The notes under the pieces were generated by a model, which worked only from the letters and a program-made list of their open reading frames with translations, was not told where the DNA came from and did not search any database. From Narcine bancroftii (taxonomy: Eukaryota), in the NCBI RefSeq assembly GCF_036971445.1, contig NC_091471.1, positions 277,388,001-277,452,000 of the forward strand: a DNA stretch of 64,000 bases, in the 5' to 3' direction. Made by a program: the position numbers and the translations under genes. Of this stretch, positions 11,603 to 23,559 are shown in pieces. Numbering within the stretch: position 1 is the first letter of the stretch; every line of letters begins with the position of its first letter.

Positions 11603-12995
11603 GTAAGTTGAAAACCCGCCCTGTCTGTGGGTTAATGTGCGGATTGGTAAAATACCATTAAAATGACATTGCCCTTGCTCCACATCAACTGATCTCTGCG
11701 CTTCTCTACCCTGTCTCACTTGCCATGCTATGTATGGGATATCCAGCTACACTGCTCACAAAAAAAACTTTCCTTCTGTACCTATGACATTAAACTTCAA
11801 TTTGAAAAATATAGGGAACCTGAGAAAAACTGGAAGGAGGTTTGAGACACAATTTCCCACCAGCCTGCTTCTGTCAACACTCCCCAGAACCCCCCCCCAC
11901 CCTTGCAGAAAACATTATTTTATATTTCAGTCAGTTCATTAGTACTCATTTCAAAATAGCAATGTTAGATTTTTGCCACAAACTGCAAAGCAGTGCACAA
12001 CAGGTGAATTTGAGTGTCTTAAGTAAAAGCTGCATTGTTTGATTCAGTTAATCCCAGGATTTTAACAAAATTCCATTGTTAATCAGCTTCTCACTTGCAG
12101 ATTTTAAAAAATTAAATTCAGATTTGAAAACCGTCACAGTGGATGCAATTAAATTGACATGAACTTGCATTTGTATCTGAGTAAATGAAGTACATTTGAA
12201 AAGAAGTCACTGTTGTAATCTTGGAATGCAAGCTGAGTTTCACAAAAGCGATCAGATCAATAATTGGGCTCAGCTTGAGTGGTTGACAGTTGTCAGTGCC
12301 TCAGCTTAAGGTGTCATCTGAAAGCCTGTCTGTCCATCAGTACAGATCTATAGCATCCTCCCGTTGTTGCCCTGATCAGATATTTGAGCCCAGACAAACC
12401 CAACTCACTATTCTGAGGTGGGGGGTGGGGGGGGCGGGAAAGTTCTGCTTGTTGATCTGCAGTTGTCCCCACATACTCACAGGTACCAGCAACGATCAAA
12501 AGCCAGTGCAGGACACAGGAAATATAAACAGAACATGATGCAAATGGTAACCAGGGCAGGCAGCATCTATGGAGAGAAACACAGGGTCAATGATCTCAGC
12601 GAAAAGTTTTTAGAAAATTAAACAGGTTTGAAGTTGCCGAGTATCCATGAGTAACACATGGTGATGGGAATGCTAAAGGCTTGTTAATCAGAGCTAATCG
12701 ATATGTTGCTCAACCAATCAAACTGACTCCACTTTTCTCTCTCCCTGCAGATGCTGCCTGATCTTCCGCATGGTTCTGGCATTCTCTATTGTTTAAGATT
12801 TACAGCAACTGTTGTGCTTTTAATCTCACAGTTCCATCATTGATTTCCTCTCCCTCCTCTGCCTTTGTTCATCTTCTTCCAGACAGATCAGCTGTCATTA
12901 ACAAACTGTTTACCCCACCCCCATCCCCCCACCCTGTTCTCAGCCACCTTGTATCATTTAATCTCTCTTGGTCTCAGCTCCACCACAGATATTCA

Positions 12996-13200
12996 TGAGG
13001 TGATATGAATATGTGACTGTCTATGGGTAGCTGGCCCATTCCCTGCTGGTGACTCGCTCCCTGGTAATTCCTCCCCTTGTGACCCTGGAATAAAGGTCGA
13101 CCTCCATCTCCCTGTCCTCAGTCAAGCACATGGAATCAGGCCAGCTACATCTAAAGTGTTCCTCACTCTACGGCTTTGGAGTTATTGATAGAGCCTATCA
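12996..13200 (+). mobile_element. Solo LTR (Gypsy-like, related to the 61162 LTR)
   Basis: TG..CA ends, flanks attca / attcc as a near TSD. Confidence 0.6.
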
Positions 13201-13499
13201 ATTCCCTTTTATTTTTGCCAACCCTCCCCATCCTCCACAACTTGAGGCATGGCTCTGCCGTGAAGACTGCTAAAGAAATGTCTCTGATCAATTTTTATAG
13301 ATGCAACACATCTCAGCTTGGAAAGGGAATCATCAGCCCAAGACCACAAGAAACTACAGAGAACAGTGAATTCACCTCACACAGACCAACCTCTCCCCAC
13401 CCCCAACCATCAACTCCATCTACACTTCCCACTTTCTAAAAAATGTGACCAACGTATTAAAAGACCCGCCCCATCCCGGTCACTCTCTCTTCTCACAAA

Positions 13500-14610
13500 G
13501 ATTCAGAATTTATTGTCACGAACAGGTCATGAAATTCGTTGCTTAGCGGCAGCGTCACAGTGAAAACATTTCTATAAACCACCTTACAAAATAAATAAAT
13601 ATAGTGCACATAAAGTCAAAGTCAGGCAGTGTCTTGGGTTCATTGATTATTCAGGAATCTGATGGCAGCGGGGAAGAAGCTGTCCTTGAGCCGCTGAATG
13701 CTCATTTTTAACACTCCTGAACCTTTTCCCCAATGGTAGTAGAGTGAAGAGGGCATGGCCTGAGTGGTGGGAGTCTCTGGATAGAGGCTACTTTATGTCA
13801 TGTCCTCGATGGAGTGTGAAGTCTGGTGCCTGTGATGTCGCAGGCCCAGTTAACAACCCTCTGGAGTTTATTCTTGTCCTGAGAGTTGGTGCCTCTATAC
13901 CAGGCAATGATGCAACCAGCCAGCATGCTCTCTGTGGTCCACCTGTAGAAGTTTTCAAGAGTTTCGGTGGCATACCAAATCTCCTCAGATACCTCACAAA
14001 GTACAGCCACTGGTGAGCCTTCTTTGTGATTGCATCAACATGGATGCCCCACGACAGATCCTTGGAGATGTCGACACCCAATATTTTGAAATTCTTGACC
14101 CTCTCTGCTACTGAGCCCTCGATGAGGACTGGATCGTGTTCCCCTGACTTCCTCCTGGTCTACAATCATCTCTTTGGTTTTGCTAACATTGAGTGCAAAC
14201 ATTTTGGCGTGACACTACTCAACGACTTTTGTGATTCTGCCAACAACTGTGGTGTTGTCGGCAAACTTGTAGATGGCCTTGGAATTGTGCCTGGCCACAC
14301 AGTCATGGGTGTATAATGAGTAAAGCGGTGAGCTAAGCACGGATCTTTGGGATTTCCCAGTGTTGATGACTTTGTTTCCGATTTGTACTGACTGTGGTCT
14401 TCTGATGAGAAAGTCAAGGATCCAGATGCAGAGGCCGAGAGTTTGTAGCTTCTTGACCAGCACTGAGGGAATATTGGTGTGGAAGGATAAGCTGTAGTAT
14501 ATGAAGAGCAGCTGTATGTATGAGTTGCTGTTTTCGAGATGATCCAGAGCTGAGAGGAGAGCCAGCGACATCGTGCGTCTGCTGTGGAGCAATGGTGACG
14601 ATAGGCGAAT
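13500..14610 (-). mobile_element. Rex1/Babar-type LINE fragment
   Basis: SPLYSLYTHDCVA..IYKFADNTTVVG; KKAHQWLYFVRYLRRFG; ESMLAGCIIAWY. Confidence 0.8.
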
Positions 14611-15128
14611 GTCCATTGGGCAGTAGGCACATGGGTTTGAAGACACACACCTCCAGGTTCAAGGAAACTTTCTTCCCTGCTGTTACCAGACTCTTAAATG
14701 GACCTCTCACGGGGAAAACCGATGCTGTCCATGCATTCTTTAATTGAGCCTTTCCTCTGGAAAGCTAAGCTCTGCATTTTTGTTTCATCTTATTGGATTT
14801 CAGGATAAGTTGAGGACTGCAGAGCATGCAAAACCAAGTTTTTCATCATGTCTCTGTGTACTTGACAGTTAACAATTTCATTCTAACCTGAAACAACAGC
14901 TCTTTCCACAGGCGCTGCCCGATTGACTGAATACTTCCAGCATTTTCTGATTTTATACCATCTGGTCCTACTCACACTAGAACTCCTTCACCAAGGGGGA
15001 TGTGTGTGCTTTTTTATGTACTGTGCATGTTACTTACTTTCACTAACGTGTTTGTTGCTGTTATTTCAAAACTTGCCTGACCATCTCTGTCACTTGCTTC
15101 GTACCCATTGTGAGGAAAAGCAGGAAGA

Positions 15129-17218
15129 TGTGTGAGGTGACAGAAACTGTTGAGGTGTGAGGTGACAGAAACCGTTGATGTGTGAGGTGACAGAAACCGT
15201 TGAGGTGTGAGGTGACAGAAACCGTTGAGGTGTGAGGTGACAGAAACCGTTGAGGTGTGAGGTGACAGAAACCGTTGAGGTGTGAGGTGACAGAAACCGT
15301 TGTTGTGTGAGGGGACAGAAACCGTTGAGGTGTGAGGGGACAGAAACCGTTGTTGTGTGAGGGGACAGAAACCGTTGAGGTGTGAGGGGACAGAAACCGT
15401 TGAGGTGTGAGGGGACAGAAACCGTTGATGTGTGAGGTGACAGAAACCGTTGATGTGTGAGGTGACAGAAACCGTTGTTGTGTGAGGTGACAGAAACCGT
15501 TGAGGTGTGAGGTGACAGAAACCGTTGTTGTGTGAGGTGACAGAAACCGTTGAGGTGTGAGGTGACAGAAACCGTTGAGGTGTGAGGTGACAGAAACCGT
15601 TGAGGTGTGAGGTGACAGAAACCGTTGAGGTGTGAGGTGACAGAAACCGTTGAGGTGTGAGGTGACAGAAACCGTTGAGGTGTGAGGTGACAGAAACCGT
15701 TGAGGTGTGAGGTGACAGAAACCGTTGAGGTGTGAGGTGACAGAAACCGTTGAGGTGTGAGGTGACAGAAACCGTTGAGGTGTGAGGTGACAGAAACCGT
15801 TGAGGTGTGAGGTGACAGAAACCGTTGAGGTGTGAGGTGACAGAAACCGTTGAGGTGTGAGGTGACAGAAACCGTTGAGGTGTGAGGTGACAGAAACCGT
15901 TGAGGTGTGAGGTGACAGAAACCGCTGTTGTGTGAGGTGACAGAAACCGTTGAGGTGTGAGGTGACAGAAACCGTTGAGGTGTGAGGTGACAGAAACCGT
16001 TGAGGTGTGAGGTGACAGAAACCGTTGAGGTGTGAGGTGACAGAAACCGTTGAGGTGTGAGGTGACAGAAACCGTTGAGGTGTGAGGTGACAGAAACCGT
16101 TGAGGTGTGAGGTGACAGAAACCGTTGAGGTGTGAGGTGACAGAAACCGTTGAGGTGTGAGGTGACAGAAACCGTTGTTGTGTGAGGTGACAGAAACCGT
16201 TGAGGTGTGAGGTGACAGAAACCGTTGAGGTGTGAGGTGACAGAAACCGTTGATGTGTGAGGTGACAGAAACCGTTGAGGTGTGAGGTGACAGAAACCGT
16301 TGAGGTGTGAGGTGACAGAAACCGTTGAGGTGTGAGGTGACAGAAACCGTTGAGGTGTGAGGTGACAGAAACCGTTGAGGTGTGAGGTGACAGAAACCGT
16401 TGAGGTGTGAGGTGACAGAAACCGTTGAGGTGTGAGGTGACAGAAACCGTTGAGGTGTGAGGTGACAGAAACCGTTGAGGTGTGAGGTGACAGAAACCGT
16501 TGAGGTGTGAGGTGACAGAAACCGTTGAGGTGTGAGGTGACAGAAACCGTTGAGGTGTGAGGTGACAGAAACCGTTGAGGTGTGAGGTGACAGAAACCGT
16601 TGAGGTGTGAGGTGACAGAAACCGTTGAGGTGTGAGGTGACAGAAACCGTTGAGGTGTGAGGTGACAGAAACCGTTGAGGTGTGAGGTGACAGAAACCGT
16701 TGAGGTGTGAGGTGACAGAAACCGTTGTTGTGTGAGGTGACAGAAACCGTTGAGGTGTGAGGTGACAGAAACCGTTGAGGTGTGAGGGGACAGAAACCGT
16801 TGAGGTGTGAGGGGACAGAAACCGTTGTTGTGTGAGGGGACAGAAACCGTTGAGGTGTGAGGGGACAGAAACCGTTGAGGTGTGAGGGGACAGAAACCGT
16901 TGATGTGTGAGGTGACAGAAACCGTTGATGTGTGAGGTGACAGAAACCGTTGTTGTGTGAGGTGACAGAAACCGTTGAGGTGTGAGGTGACAGAAACCGT
17001 TGAGGTGTGAGGTGACAGAAACCGTTGAGGTGTGAGGTGACAGAAACCGTTGAGGTGTGAGGTGACAGAAACCGTTGAGGTGTGAGGTGACAGAAACCGT
17101 TGAGGTGTGAGGTGACAGAAACCGTTGAGGTGTGAGGTGACAGAAACCGTTGAGGTGTGAGGTGACAGAAACTGTTGAGGTGTGAGGTGACAGAAACCGT
17201 TGAGGTGTGAGATGACAG
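15129..17218. repeat. 25-bp minisatellite (GTGTGAGGTGACAGAAACCGTTGAG)n, about 83 copies, in BRICD5 intron 2
   Basis: Head-to-tail near-identical units with few variant positions and no spacers. Confidence 0.98.
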
Positions 17219-17256
17219 CACTGTTGATGGTTTGTCTGATTGTTGTCTTTCCACAG

Positions 17257-17394
17257 GTTGTTCAGATAAACCTGCCTGAATTGCAGGGTGCTTTTGTCAA
17301 TCAATCAGTGGCCGTGAACCAGGAAGATGGTGTGGTAATTTACCACATAACAGACAGGAACAACACAGCAGTGGTGCTGTTTGACAGCAAGAAC
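17257..17394 (+). CDS. BRICD5: BRICD5 exon 3 (VVQINLPELQGAFVNQSVAV..NTAVVLFDSKN)
   Basis: tctttccacag| acceptor, AAC|GTGAGT donor; BRICHOS N-terminal motif VLFD with the conserved Asp. Confidence 0.92.
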
Positions 17395-18045
17395 GTGAGT
17401 GGGGTTTTGGGTGAGGAACATCACTCGTTTCAGCTCTGATCTCTGTAAGACAACAGCTGGCCAATGAGAAATTACAAGACATTGTCAAACATCCTTCCAC
17501 TCTTTCTCTTCACTTGCACTTTTCTAAATGCTCTTTAAATGAACTGGCACTGTAAATAACATAGTATACAAGGCAAATCCTCCTGAATTCCATTCGGGGT
17601 GTAGCAAGGACTCTACATTGCTCTGTCTTGAATTAGCTCACTTTATTCCATTCTCATTCTATTTCTCCAGCAAGTGGAAACATTTTCAGGCTTGTCTATC
17701 CAACTTTTGAGTTATGAGAATTCACTCCAAAAAGTCAAACACTAATTCATACAATATTTTCACTCTGCTTCATTTATCACCAAGGTACACGCACCCTGTC
17801 CAGCAACAGGGAATCATCATAGTCCCAGGCCCTGGGACTTTTACCACAGTTCAGCTAACATGTACTAGAAGCTTCATTAACCTAAGTCTTCATGAGTAAA
17901 GGTTTTAGTACCTCATCTCGGAAAGTGTTTGACTGCAGTGGAACCAGTGGAAACAGGGTTTATTTTCTGAACTGAGACACACGGAGGAAATTATTCATAC
18001 GAGGCTTCCATATTCTCACAGAATGATTTATCTCTCCTTTGGCAG

Positions 18046-18153
18046 GGTTTAATTTGTTACCAGCCTGGAGGGAGAAACATCTGCCTCATTCAAAAGATGA
18101 CATCTGCGGACCTAGAAAACACGCACTCCATTATCACTGCTCAACATCAGAAG
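18046..18153 (+). CDS. BRICD5: BRICD5 exon 4 (GLICYQPGGRNICLIQKM..HQK)
   Basis: ggcag| acceptor, AAG|GTAAGG donor; first BRICHOS Cys. Confidence 0.93.
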
Positions 18154-18278
18154 GTAAGGCAAATGTATTACTTCTCACAGATAGACTCTAAATCAGAAAA
18201 GGCCTTCATAGTGCTATGCAATGCAGGAAACCCAGCAACTATTTCCCCAGTTTAATGGCAGCAATTGTAATGTCACAG

Positions 18279-18545
18279 TTGTTATGGGTCCAGAGGACCC
18301 CAAAACCCAGCAGCAATAGAAATTCACCAAGACAAAAGTTTCTTTTAATTTCCTTTAAACATAAAAACAGGATCAAATTTTAACCTATTACTATCAACTT
18401 AACCCCCTTCTAATTCTTAGTGCTTGTGTATGCAATCTGTGTATAAGTTCAGAAAAGTTCTTTAATTCACAGTCCAATCTCACTTCAAGTTCACCAGTCT
18501 CAGGCAATTTTTATACTGTGCACAGAATTCAACATTTATGAATTT
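18279..18545 (-). mobile_element. LTR fragment (family of 61344-62243)
   Basis: Direct similarity to 310-545 and 61344-61620. Confidence 0.7.
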
Positions 18546-19879
18546 TTCCCTTGATTACCATCTTGCCCTTAATGTATGTACCCCCACTTTACCCTCCTGA
18601 TCTCTTTTGTTTTTAATTTCCCCTACACTTTCTATATCCCATTTTCAGTTGTTTATATCAGTCTCCTGATCTCGCCCTCACCATTCCTTAGTGACCAGGA
18701 TTTTCTCTCTCAGAGCTCACTCTCTGAAGACCAGCACCTCTAGGTTCGAGATCAGTTTTTTTCCCCCAAAAGCCATGAGACTCTTCAACCTCCTCTTGTT
18801 ACACTAGTCAGGGACTGCTCCAACACCACAAGAGGATTGTCTGTACAACAGTAACACCACAAGGTTTCCTTGCACAATGGTAACTATGAACACTTATTAT
18901 ATGTCTTGTATGTAATATCTGTTTTCAACTCAATACAAGGTGGGGGTTTTATAAAGTACCTGTTTGGCTGCAACAAGGAAGAATTTCAGCGTGTATGGAC
19001 ACGGTACAATGTATAGGACAATAAACTCATTATGTCCAAACTATTCTCCCACTGACACTTGCTCAGCTTCATTCTTTAGGATGAGCTTCAGAACTGCCCC
19101 TTCTCTGACAACCATCTCTACTCTGCCTCAAAATGTTCTCCTGGATACACTTTAAAAATTTCATCCCCTGTGCCTTTCACACCAAAATAGCTCCAGTTAG
19201 TTTCGGAAAGGCTGAAATCCCCCTCTATTATAACCCTATTCTTCTAATGCCTCTCTCTGGTTTGCCTACATACACACTCCTCTATCTCTCATTGACTATT
19301 AGAAACCCCTTTTGTTCCAAGGTTCTACCCATATAGCGCCATTCGAACAGCCATCTAGGATACCTTCCCTCATTTCTGTTGGAATATACCAGGGATGATA
19401 TGGTAGAGTTCATAGTTCTGTGGCAGAAACCAGGGCACCTCGACGCATTGCGAGCAAATCATATTCCACGCGTTGATCAATGCCAGTTTGACAGATTAAA
19501 ATAAATGCATTCTGGCCTTGCAATCCTCCCATGCCCCTTATCCTGCCCTTGTCTGATCTGCTTCCTGGACTGACCATTTCTCCCTTCGGTATTTGACTGC
19601 CCACCCCTCGCACCCCACAACTCTGTGCCCCATTCCCCTACTGAATCAGTTTAGTCCCTTCCCAACAGCATGAGCAAACCTCCCTGCAAGGATGTTGACC
19701 CTGCTCTGGCTCTGAATCAGTCACAGTGATCCACACATTTAAGACTCTCCCTCCTGCACCATCCCTTTAGCCACACATATATCTAACCCTCCCCCCCTAC
19801 TCTGATACTCACTCGCACGTGGCACTGGAACTAATCTAGCAAATAACATCTTAGAGGTCTTGTTTATTTTTAAAAATTT

Positions 19880-20490
19880 CTTAAATGTAGACATACAGCT
19901 CATAACAGGCCCTTTTGGCCCACAAGTCCATGTTGCCCAATTTACACCCAATTAACCTACACCTCTGGTACGTTTTGAACAGTGGGAAAGAACTGGAATC
20001 CCTGGGGAAGACCCACAAAGACACAGGGAGAATGGGCACTCCCCCCTCATAGCTCTGGGACTCAGCTCTTGGTCCATGTCTGGACCAAGGCTTTGATGAG
20101 GTTTGGGTCGAGAACTCTGCTGTAACCCAAACCGTGCGCCAGAGAGTAGGTTATTGGTAAGTAAATATCCTGTCACTGCCAACTTCCATTGCTTTGCCAC
20201 GTAGACTGATTTAGCCAGATTGTATTTACCTGGGCAATTTGCTAATTATTTTAAATGTAATTTTTTAAAAATTTAAACTTTGACATTATTTAAAGTAACA
20301 GGCCCTTTTGTGGCTCACAAGCCTGCGCCCAATTACCCTACACTCCCAGTATTTTTTTGAACGGTGAGAGGAAACCAACACAGACACGGGGAGAATGAAA
20401 AACTCCTTCCAGACAGTGCGGGATTTGAACCCTGTTCCTGTTCACTGGCACTGTAACAGCGTGGCACTAACCGCTATGCTAACTGTGTTG
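19880..20490 (-). mobile_element. tRNA-derived SINE copies
   Basis: Similarity to the SINEs at 36670-36895, 39790-40000 and 50915-51148. Confidence 0.6.
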
Positions 20491-20779
20491 GGTAAATGCC
20501 TATGTTGTACAGTCTGTACAGCAGTTTGGCCTAAGGCACTGGTTCTGGATGGTAGGTCATTAGTCCTTTACCTGGGATGTTGTCCAGTCCCATGCTGCTT
20601 TGTATACACATGGTCCAGATCCCAGTGCTCTCACTTGCTTCTTGATGTCACACGAGGGAATTAGTGGACTTTGATTGTGGTAGGGTTCTTGGGTGGAAAC
20701 CAGGATAGAACATCTACTCAGGTACAGGAAAAGAGCACAACATAGAAACAGGCTCTTCAGCCCATGCCAAAATTGCACT

Positions 20780-21540
20780 CAGCTTTAAAAACAAGGTGGA
20801 TGATCTTGCAGTACAGTTACAGATTGGAGGGGATGATGTTGTGGCTATTACTGAAGGATGGGTGTCATTGGGAGCTGAATGCCCAAGGATATATGGTCTA
20901 TCGGAAGGATAGGCAGGTAGGCAGAGTGGGGTAGTGTAACTCTGCTGGTGAACAACAATATTAAATCATGGAAAGAAGGGACATAAGATGAGAAGAGGAA
21001 GAATCCTTATGGGTTGAGTTAAGGACTGGTAACAGGACACTAATGGTGGTTAAATATAGGCCCCCAAGCAACAGCTGGAATGTGGCTTACAAAATACAAC
21101 AAGAAATAAAAATGGCATTTCAGAAAGACAATGTTACAATAATAAAGTAGACTGGGAAAGTCAGGTCAGTCCAGGATCCCAGGAAGGAGAGTTTGTGGAA
21201 TGTCTACAATCTTGGAGCAGTTCGAGTTCACCAAGTGTTCTGGATTAGGTGGCATCAGATGAATCAGAGGTGATTCAGGTCAAGGGACCCTTCGGAAGCA
21301 GTGATCAAAATATGATTGAGTCACTGTCAGATTTGAAAAGGAGAGGCTGAAGTCTGATGTGTCCGGGTTCCAGTGGTGTAAAGAAAATTACGGTTGCATG
21401 AGAGAGGAACTGGCCAAATTCGATTGGAAAAGCACGTGAATAGGGAAGACAGCAGATCAACAATGACTGGAGTTTCTGCGAGAAATGAGGAAAGGGCAAA
21501 ACAAAAGAAAAGTTGTGAATGGAAAAATGAAACAATTGTG
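20780..21540 (+). mobile_element. CR1 ORF2 endonuclease-region fragment
   Basis: NKVDDL..DVVAITE..GYMVYRKDR..YRPP..SDQNMI, degenerate. Confidence 0.7.
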
Positions 21541-22069
21541 GCCCAATTGGCCTCATTCTGCTCTTAGATCCTGTGATCTTGTAAACTAAACCTGCTGTTG
21601 GCAGGTGATCTATATTCCTCTACACCCTGCATACTCACATTTATCCTCTTAAATACTACCTATTCCATCTGCCTCCAGCATTACCCCAGGCAGCCTGCTC
21701 GAGACACCCACCACTCAACGTGTTAAATATCTGCCCCACACATCTCCCTTATTGCCCCTCCTCTTAAATGTATACTCTCTGCTTCATGACATTTTACCCT
21801 GGGAAAAAGATTCTGTCCATCCTATCAATTCCTCTCATCATTTTATAAACTTCCATCAAGTCTCCACTCTGATGCAGGCAGCATCCTGGTAAATCTCTTC
21901 TGTAGCCTTTCCAAAGCCTCCGCATCCTTCCTGTAACACCGGGTGATCAGAACTACAAACTAAGTGAGCCTAACCAAAGTTATATTTAGCTACAATATGA
22001 CCTCAATACCCCGACCAATGAAGGCAAGCATTCCATACGTCTTTGTTTCCTCCCTATTTATTCGAATGC

Positions 22070-23410
22070 CCATGTTCAAGGATCTATGAACCTGAACCTC
22101 AGATTTTTTGTCAGAGTACATACACAACATCACATACAAACCTGAGATTCTTTTTCCAAGAGCAAGGCAGAATTACCACTTATTGGCAGTGCAAAAAAAA
22201 GCTGGCTCAACATACACATGTAAACAAATCAAGAATTGGAAACAAACCGACTGTGCATTACATAGAGAGAAAGAAAATCAATAAAGTGCACAAGTGCAAG
22301 TCCTTAAGTGAGTCCCTGCTTAAGTTAGTTGTTGAGGGGTCTGATGGCAGAGGGGGAGCAGCTGTTCCTGAACCTGGTGGGGCAAGTCTTGTGGCATCTT
22401 TCCTGATGGCAGCAGCAAGAACAGAGCATGTGCTGGGTGGTGTGGGTCTTTAATGATTGCTTCTGCTCTCTAATGGCAGTGTTCACCATAGATGTTCGTG
22501 CTGGTGGGGGGGTTTGCCTCTGATGTCCTGAGCTGTGTCAGCACACTTTCCACCACACAAATGTAGAAATTGCTGGTGTCAGTAGAGGTGCTGATGTGCT
22601 CTCTTCACGATGTTGTTAGTGTGTTGGGTCCAGGAAAGATCCTCCGAGATAGTGACTCCCATTACCCTCTCCAACTCTAATCATACACCTCTGGCTTTCC
22701 CCTCCTGAAGTCAACAATCAGGTCCTTGGTTTTGGAGACATTGAGTGCAAGGTTGTCATTGCACCATTCAGCCAAGTTTTCAGTCTCCATCCTGTTTGCT
22801 GTCTCATCACCTTTCTTTATACAACCCACTTCCGTGGTATCATCGGCAAATTTGTAGATGGTGTTATTGTTGTACCGAACTACACAGTCATAGGTTTAAA
22901 GTGAGTAGAGCAGGGGGCTAAGAACGCAGCCCTGTGGTGCTTTGGTACTGATGGAGACAGTGGAGAAGTTCTTACTGATCCCCACTGATTACAGTGGGGA
23001 GTTGAGTCCCAGGTCTTGGAGTTTACTGATCAGTTTTGAGGGGATGATGGTGTTAAATGCTGAAATGTGGTCGATAAAGAACATCCTGATGTCTGCATCT
23101 TTGCTGTCCAGGTGTTCCAGGGCTTTGATAGAGCCAGTGAGATGGCATCTGCTGTAGATCTGTTACTATGATAGGTGAATTGGAATGGGATCCATGTCAC
23201 CGCTCAGACAGGAGCTGATATGCTTCATCACTGTTGATGTGAATGCTACTGGTCAGTAGTCATTTAGGCAGGTTACCACACTCTTCTTGGGCACCGGTAC
23301 AATTGACGCCTGTTTGAAACAGGTGGGGACTATGCCCTGCTGGAGTGAGCTGTTAAAGATATCCAGGATCATGTTGGGAAGTTGGTCAGCACAGATTTTT
23401 AATACTCGGG
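22070..23410 (-). mobile_element. Rex1/Babar-type LINE fragment
   Basis: Reverse strand reads APQGCVLSPLLYSL..YKFADDT..LNVSKTKDLIVDFRR. Confidence 0.8.
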
Positions 23411-23559
23411 TATTCTGTCCAGACCTGATACTTTCCTCAGATTCACTCTCCTCAAGGCCTCCTGCATGTCATCCTCAGATACAGACAGGAGAGGATCTTC
23501 AATGGACATGGGGCTTCTCTCTTGTTCTTGTGGTTGAATTTTGGCGTCGAAGACATTGA

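Noticed and set aside
15129-17218. CRISPR-like array
   Set aside because: Units are contiguous with no unique spacers, there are no cas genes, and the context is vertebrate
15014-17304. Two 746-747 aa ORFs on the minus strand
   Set aside because: By-products of a stop-free 25-bp repeat (25-aa periodic translation in every frame), antisense to a BRICD5 intron; no domain or other coding evidence
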